DNA of 57,929 nucleotides, the filler included, from Streblomastix strix (lineage: Eukaryota): assembly GCA_008636045.1 (NCBI GenBank). It is 3 parts of 3 records of this genome, joined end to end, with 100 filler letters (N's around TTAATTAATTAA, not from the genome) between each part and the next. Parts side by side here need not be neighbours in the genome. Positions count along the whole stretch, not along the records: positions 38,698 to 57,929 come from SNRW01000531.1; 2 more parts are not named here. One strand, given 5' to 3'. Below the pieces are notes generated by a model that was given only the letters and a program-made list of their open reading frames with translations, ran no database searches and was not told where the DNA came from. The translations under genes and the position numbers were made by a program. This document shows positions 53,310 through 57,929 of this stretch, piece by piece (position 1 is the stretch's first letter; each line of letters opens with the position of its first letter).

Positions 53310-53450
53310 AGTATTAAATATGTTATTTCTACTTCTCTGGGTAAATTATCCGAATAAAAAGTTTTATTTAGAAATTGAAGTGCAGAGAGGTAGCGGTCTA
53401 TGGTATGGTCCCCATCTCTAATTAACATATGTTATATATCAAAATGACTG
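53310..53450 (+). mobile_element. Remnant right end (TIR ending ...ACTG) of an element related to the transposon at 56514
   Basis: Reverse complement cagtcattttgatata...ggggaccatacc resembles 56514-56562; 53315-53378 resembles 56577-56640. Confidence 0.65.
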
Positions 53451-53466
53451 TCTATATTAGTATATG

Positions 53467-53468
<2 letters not shown>

Positions 53469-53532
<64 letters not shown>
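53469..53532. repeat. (TA)n microsatellite
   Basis: Perfect TA run. Confidence 0.95.
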
Positions 53533-53533
<1 letters not shown>

Positions 53534-53536
<3 letters not shown>

Positions 53537-56482
53537 AGTTGCGCAAATGATATGGTAGGGTTGGAGCGAGATTTTAAAGTAAAAATTTAGCATATTTTAT
53601 GATTTTTTTTTGGTATAAATTTTAAATATATTACTTTAATATTAATAATAAACAATGTGTGGACCTGCCCCTAACCCAAACATAGAATTAGATAACGGTT
53701 AGTGTATGCAGCGTGGGGACGCCTCCATTACCCAAATATTAGAAAAAATAAAAATCAATAATTAATAATTATTACCGCGGTGTTATTTTTCCATAATTTT
53801 TTATAAATTTCCATAATATTTTTCCAATCAAATTTTTGTGTCAAATTCACTATTTATTGTTAACGAATGTAACATAATGGTTGTTATTGATGAACGCAAG
53901 AGTAATATTAAGCCTCAGAGCGAGTAGAGTTGGATTGTTAAGAGTGTATGATTGCCTATCTGGTAAAAAAATTGTTACTTTTATACCAATTACTCTCGCG
54001 GCAGCTACAAGAACTGGACCATCAGCTCATTGATGCACGTTACGCATACGCATGATATATTGATCAATTGTTTCTTCTCTTTCTCTCTGTTGCCATGAAA
54101 TTGGATTGAAATTTCCATTTTCCCTCTATTACCTTGCAATTTTAGCTTCTGCTTATGTCACAAATTACACTCGAATAACATCATCATTAGCGTCGTTTTG
54201 CAAATAGTCACACGCAAGTTATGTTATATTTATATGTTCTTCCTCTGTATTATAAAGTCCTACAGAAAGTGCTCCGAAGTAACAATCGCCTCCAGCTAAG
54301 TTGTCTATTATTGACTAATTGTTTTCTTCAGCGATCTAGGTAATTAACTGGAAATCCGAAGGAGTTTTTTCTTTTTTTTTCTTTAGTAGGTTTTTTGTTT
54401 CTGCTGTTGTTTGATTCTTCAAAGAAATTTGATTTTGAATCTGATAGATCTGTTTGTTCTTTTTGATTAGTGTCATCAGAATCTGTTGTATTTTATTCTT
54501 GCCCTGAAGATTCGCTTATTTCCATCTTTGATTTGCCTTTGCTTGATTTTACACTCTTCTAATTTGATTCATAGTAGTCAGAATCATATTCTTAGCCTTC
54601 ATCGGACTCCTAGTAGTCGCTATTGTAAATGAATAGGTCTTTTTCAGGTATATAGTCAGGATCTGAAAGCTGATACAGATCTGAATCGCTAAGATCAGTG
54701 ATAATTCTTGAGCATTAGGGTGACTTAAGACTTGATCTTCCGTTCTCATATCTCGGACATTCTTAATCTTACAATACGTCATCGTTGTTAATAACCACGT
54801 CTTAGTATCTTGGGAATAAACCAGTTTCATTAAAAGATGATACTCTATTGTCATAAGTAACTGTTTGTTGCATAGCCTAAATAGAAGATTCGATAATTAT
54901 TTCTCTTTTATCTTACTTGCATAGTTTCACATCTTCTTCTTTTAAGTTTTCTTATTTCTTCTTCAGAAACTTGCATCTTACAGTTCTGAATATGTTTCTA
55001 TATTTTGTTCGAAGTGAACAGTTAATCACTTTGTCAAGAGGCTGCATATGAGATGTTAGTCCCCCAGGATACATTAATGCAATAAAACCTTCCTTTCTAA
55101 GCAATTTTCTGGCCTCTCAATCGCGCATACTTGGATCCCCGTCAACAAAAAGAATTATCTTTTCATCCTATGCATAATATCCTATTAGTTTTTGTTCCAA
55201 AACCCAATTTATTAGGATAGTACACCATTCTCTGAATAACACTTTTGTCATGAAATCTCGCTTACTCACAAAGACAAAGAATGCTTCAGCTTCTGCCATT
55301 TCCTATACTCGTAAAGGCACGTAAGTTAAATCCCCAATTATGAAGAACTATGGTGCTTACTTGATTCCTCTAGCAATGGATAAAGCTAATGTGATATGCC
55401 CTGGATCAATATCATTTTCTACCACTACAGCTCTTTTTTTACCTCTTCTTTTTGCGACTTTTGCATTCCCGTCCGCAAATACAGCTATTTCATCCATGTT
55501 TATAATAGCTCGTTCACGTACTCCATCAATTATATCTTATGTGTTGATCTGTATATAATAATGAATTAAAAAAATTTTAAAAAATTGCAAACAATTGTAA
55601 AAATTCATTAATTTCATACTTTTTTGAACCAGAGGATGATGTTAGAAGCACATAACGCTTGCATCTTTTCTGGAGTGCTAGTAGAAGCTTTACAAAAGCG
55701 AATATTGTTGTCTGTGCAGAATTTTCTAACGTAGGAACTGCTAGGAATTGCAGGAGAATGAGAAAATTTCTTAATGAGCGGAATATGTCGTAAATACTTT
55801 GCTCTTTTACGTGTTTCCAATCTTTGCTTTGATGGTTTAGCTAATATTAATATTATAAATATCCTTGAAAGTTAAAGATTAACGGTTTCTTTCCTTTTGC
55901 ATAATTTCTCTCGAAAGAGTTTATTTACTTTTTTCATTGATGAATGATTTGTAACGTGTTCTCTTTTTGCATGTAAATGATTCAATATTGCAGTAGCAGG
56001 CAATAATAGTGTAGATTCTTTAGGTTGTAACATGGAACGCACGCGCAATCTTAGTCACTTTTCCTCTGCAATATATAACTGCAGCCAAAATTTTAGCAGG
56101 AATACTATGAGCTTTTCTTAAAGATACGATTGACTTTATTCTAAAAGGCCTCTTCTTTGGTTTTGACTTCACCATGTAAATTCTATGAATCTGCAAAGTT
56201 AAATTCGGGTTTTGTTTTGAAAAGCGGCCTAGATTAGTCTAGATCAGATTTCGAAACTGAAAAGTATTTTCATAATTATTTATTAAATTTAAATAAACAT
56301 AAATAAATTATGATAATGAAAATTTATTTAACAGTATGGAAAAATAACACCCCAGTAATTGAAATTTTAATAAAATTTTTTAATTTAGAAATAAAATTAT
56401 TAAAAATAAATCCAAAAAATAAGGTAAAATTTTTACCATAAAAACCTCACTCCTGCCCCACCATGTCATTTGCGCAACTAAT
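53534..56482 (-). mobile_element. pogo/Fot-like DD35D DNA transposon with TIRs, carrying transposase and an OTU protease domain (this copy disrupted)
   Basis: TIRs ATTAGTTGCGCAAATGAYATGGTRGGG at both ends plus inner inverted match (53773-53795 vs 56335-56357). ATG 56175, intron ~55549-55619, NMDE...VDGD...QPLD (D35D). OTU at 53847-54300. Confidence 0.88.
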
Positions 56483-56513
56483 GTCCTACATATTGGTAAT
56501 TAGTGCATCAATA

Positions 56514-57929
56514 CAGTCAGTTTGATATAGCATTTGACCATATCCGAGTCGGGGACCATACCGTGGACAGGTACCTAAATATGTTATTTCGGCTTCTCAG
56601 GGGAAATTATCCGAATAAAAAAGTTTTACTTGGAAATTGATTATGAATTTTTTTCGCGTTAAGACAAGATTAAATATCTAGAGTTTGGCATAATTCGGCC
56701 GAACAGAATAAATGAATCGAACAGAAATTTTTTTTTGATTGAAAAAAATTTTTTTTGGTTCGGATCTCTTGTGTTATTAAAAGTACGAAACTGTATGGAT
56801 CTTATACCATTTGATGTACTTCAGTAAAGGCTAATTGAAACATGTGGAGAACGTTCCGGTAGATAAGTTTTCAGAGAGATAATGAGAGAAAAGCCGATTT
56901 CGTTCGACGAGCAGATACTGACTACAATTGATGCAATGAAACTTCACTCAAATGAATCTTATAGCCTTCGTACAATAGCTACAATTTTTGAAGTTGCACA
57001 TTCAACAATAAAGGATAAATTGGATAAACGAGGCAGTCCAAAAAAAGAAGAACCTAACGCCCGCATTTTTGATGATATCTAGGAGCAAATTTTCATAGCA
57101 GAAATCATTGATGAGTATGAAAATGGTGATCCATTTACATAAGCTACTTTACTAGAACATATTGATGCATAATTCCCAGAGAAAATGATTTCGCGAGGCT
57201 ACATTTAAAGTTTAGTAAACCGCTACTCACACCGAATCATAGAAATGATTGCACGTCCACTGGAGCAAAAGAGATTTGATGTACCTTTAACAGACGTAGC
57301 TGCGTATCGAATTGGACTATCGGAGAAGGTTGAAGGCCGCTACTCGTGTCTAATTGCAAATGCCGATGAATCTGGAGTTCAGGACTTTGCAGATGCGCAT
57401 AACAAGTTGGTTCTTGCTCCTGTTAGTGTGAAGCCCAAAGATTGTAGATATAAGGTAGAAAGGGATGGTAAGAAGGTTTCAATCATGGGCACAATTGCTC
57501 TCGACGGAGAATGCGCGCCTCCAGCAGTCGTCGTCAAAAGACTAACATTAGACTAAGATATATATGATCATGGACTTCGAAAGGATCGCGACGCACTAAT
57601 AATGACTTCAAAAAAGGGCAATTTCAACACGCAACACGTCACTACCTGGGGAGAAAAAATTTTCGTTCCGTTCATCAAATCGCAGCGTAAGGCTTACAAA
57701 TTACCATAAACTGCTCGAGCTACCTTAATCATGGATGGATACGGTCCACATTGTGCAGATGAATTAACAAATCTGTTCAAGAAGAACAACATAGACATTC
57801 TTCTTTTGCCTGCTCATGCGAGCCACGGGTTTCAACCGCTGGATCTCAGCACCTTTCATGCAATGAAGTCACGAGTCAAATAAATGCAGACAGGCTTCGA
57901 AAAAGGAACACAAGGACATCAAATCCAGC
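56514..57929 (+). mobile_element. pogo/Fot-like DD35D DNA transposon, left TIR (TA|CAGT...), 3'-partial
   Basis: TA followed by CAGTCAG at 56514; intact transposase ORF downstream. Confidence 0.85.
56795..57929 (+). CDS. HTH + DDE_1 transposase, apparently intact, 3'-partial
   Basis: SLRTIATIFEVAHSTI (HTH), NADESG, IMDGYGPH, LPAHASHGFQPLD (D35D); no TGA in frame. Confidence 0.9.

Noticed and set aside
16381..55119. TGA at conserved Trp positions (RT LG*VIN 16408, RRM NLN*N, OTU HQ*ADG 54027) suggesting TGA=Trp
   Set aside because: They occur only in decayed elements that also show TGG-to-TAG changes and frameshifts. Intact genes use TGG and end in TGA, so G-to-A decay is simpler.

Overview
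AT-rich eukaryotic DNA with GT-AG introns and a non-standard genetic code (TAA/TAG = Gln, TGA the only stop), so the supplied standard-code ORF track fragments the real genes. The code, intron style and gene families fit an oxymonad such as Streblomastix (inference). The window is three unrelated contigs joined by artificial N-TTAATTAATTAA-N linkers (1-19249, 19350-38597, 38698-57929). Contig 1 holds an S/Q-rich gene, a ~2000-aa cysteine-rich repeat protein, an intron-containing NAD+-dependent DNA ligase (LigA)-like gene and a decayed DIRS-type retrotransposon. Contig 2 holds a choline-transporter-like gene, a Q/N-rich gene, Got1, a bacterial-type DUF1015 ORF in frame with an upstream kinase/ARM gene, and a SPRY-like gene. 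Contig 3 holds three PB1-domain genes, an RRM/ARM pseudogene, a ~1740-aa helical protein, a segmental duplication, and a cluster of pogo-like DD35D transposons, one carrying an OTU protease domain. All family calls come from manual translation and motif recognition, not database searches.
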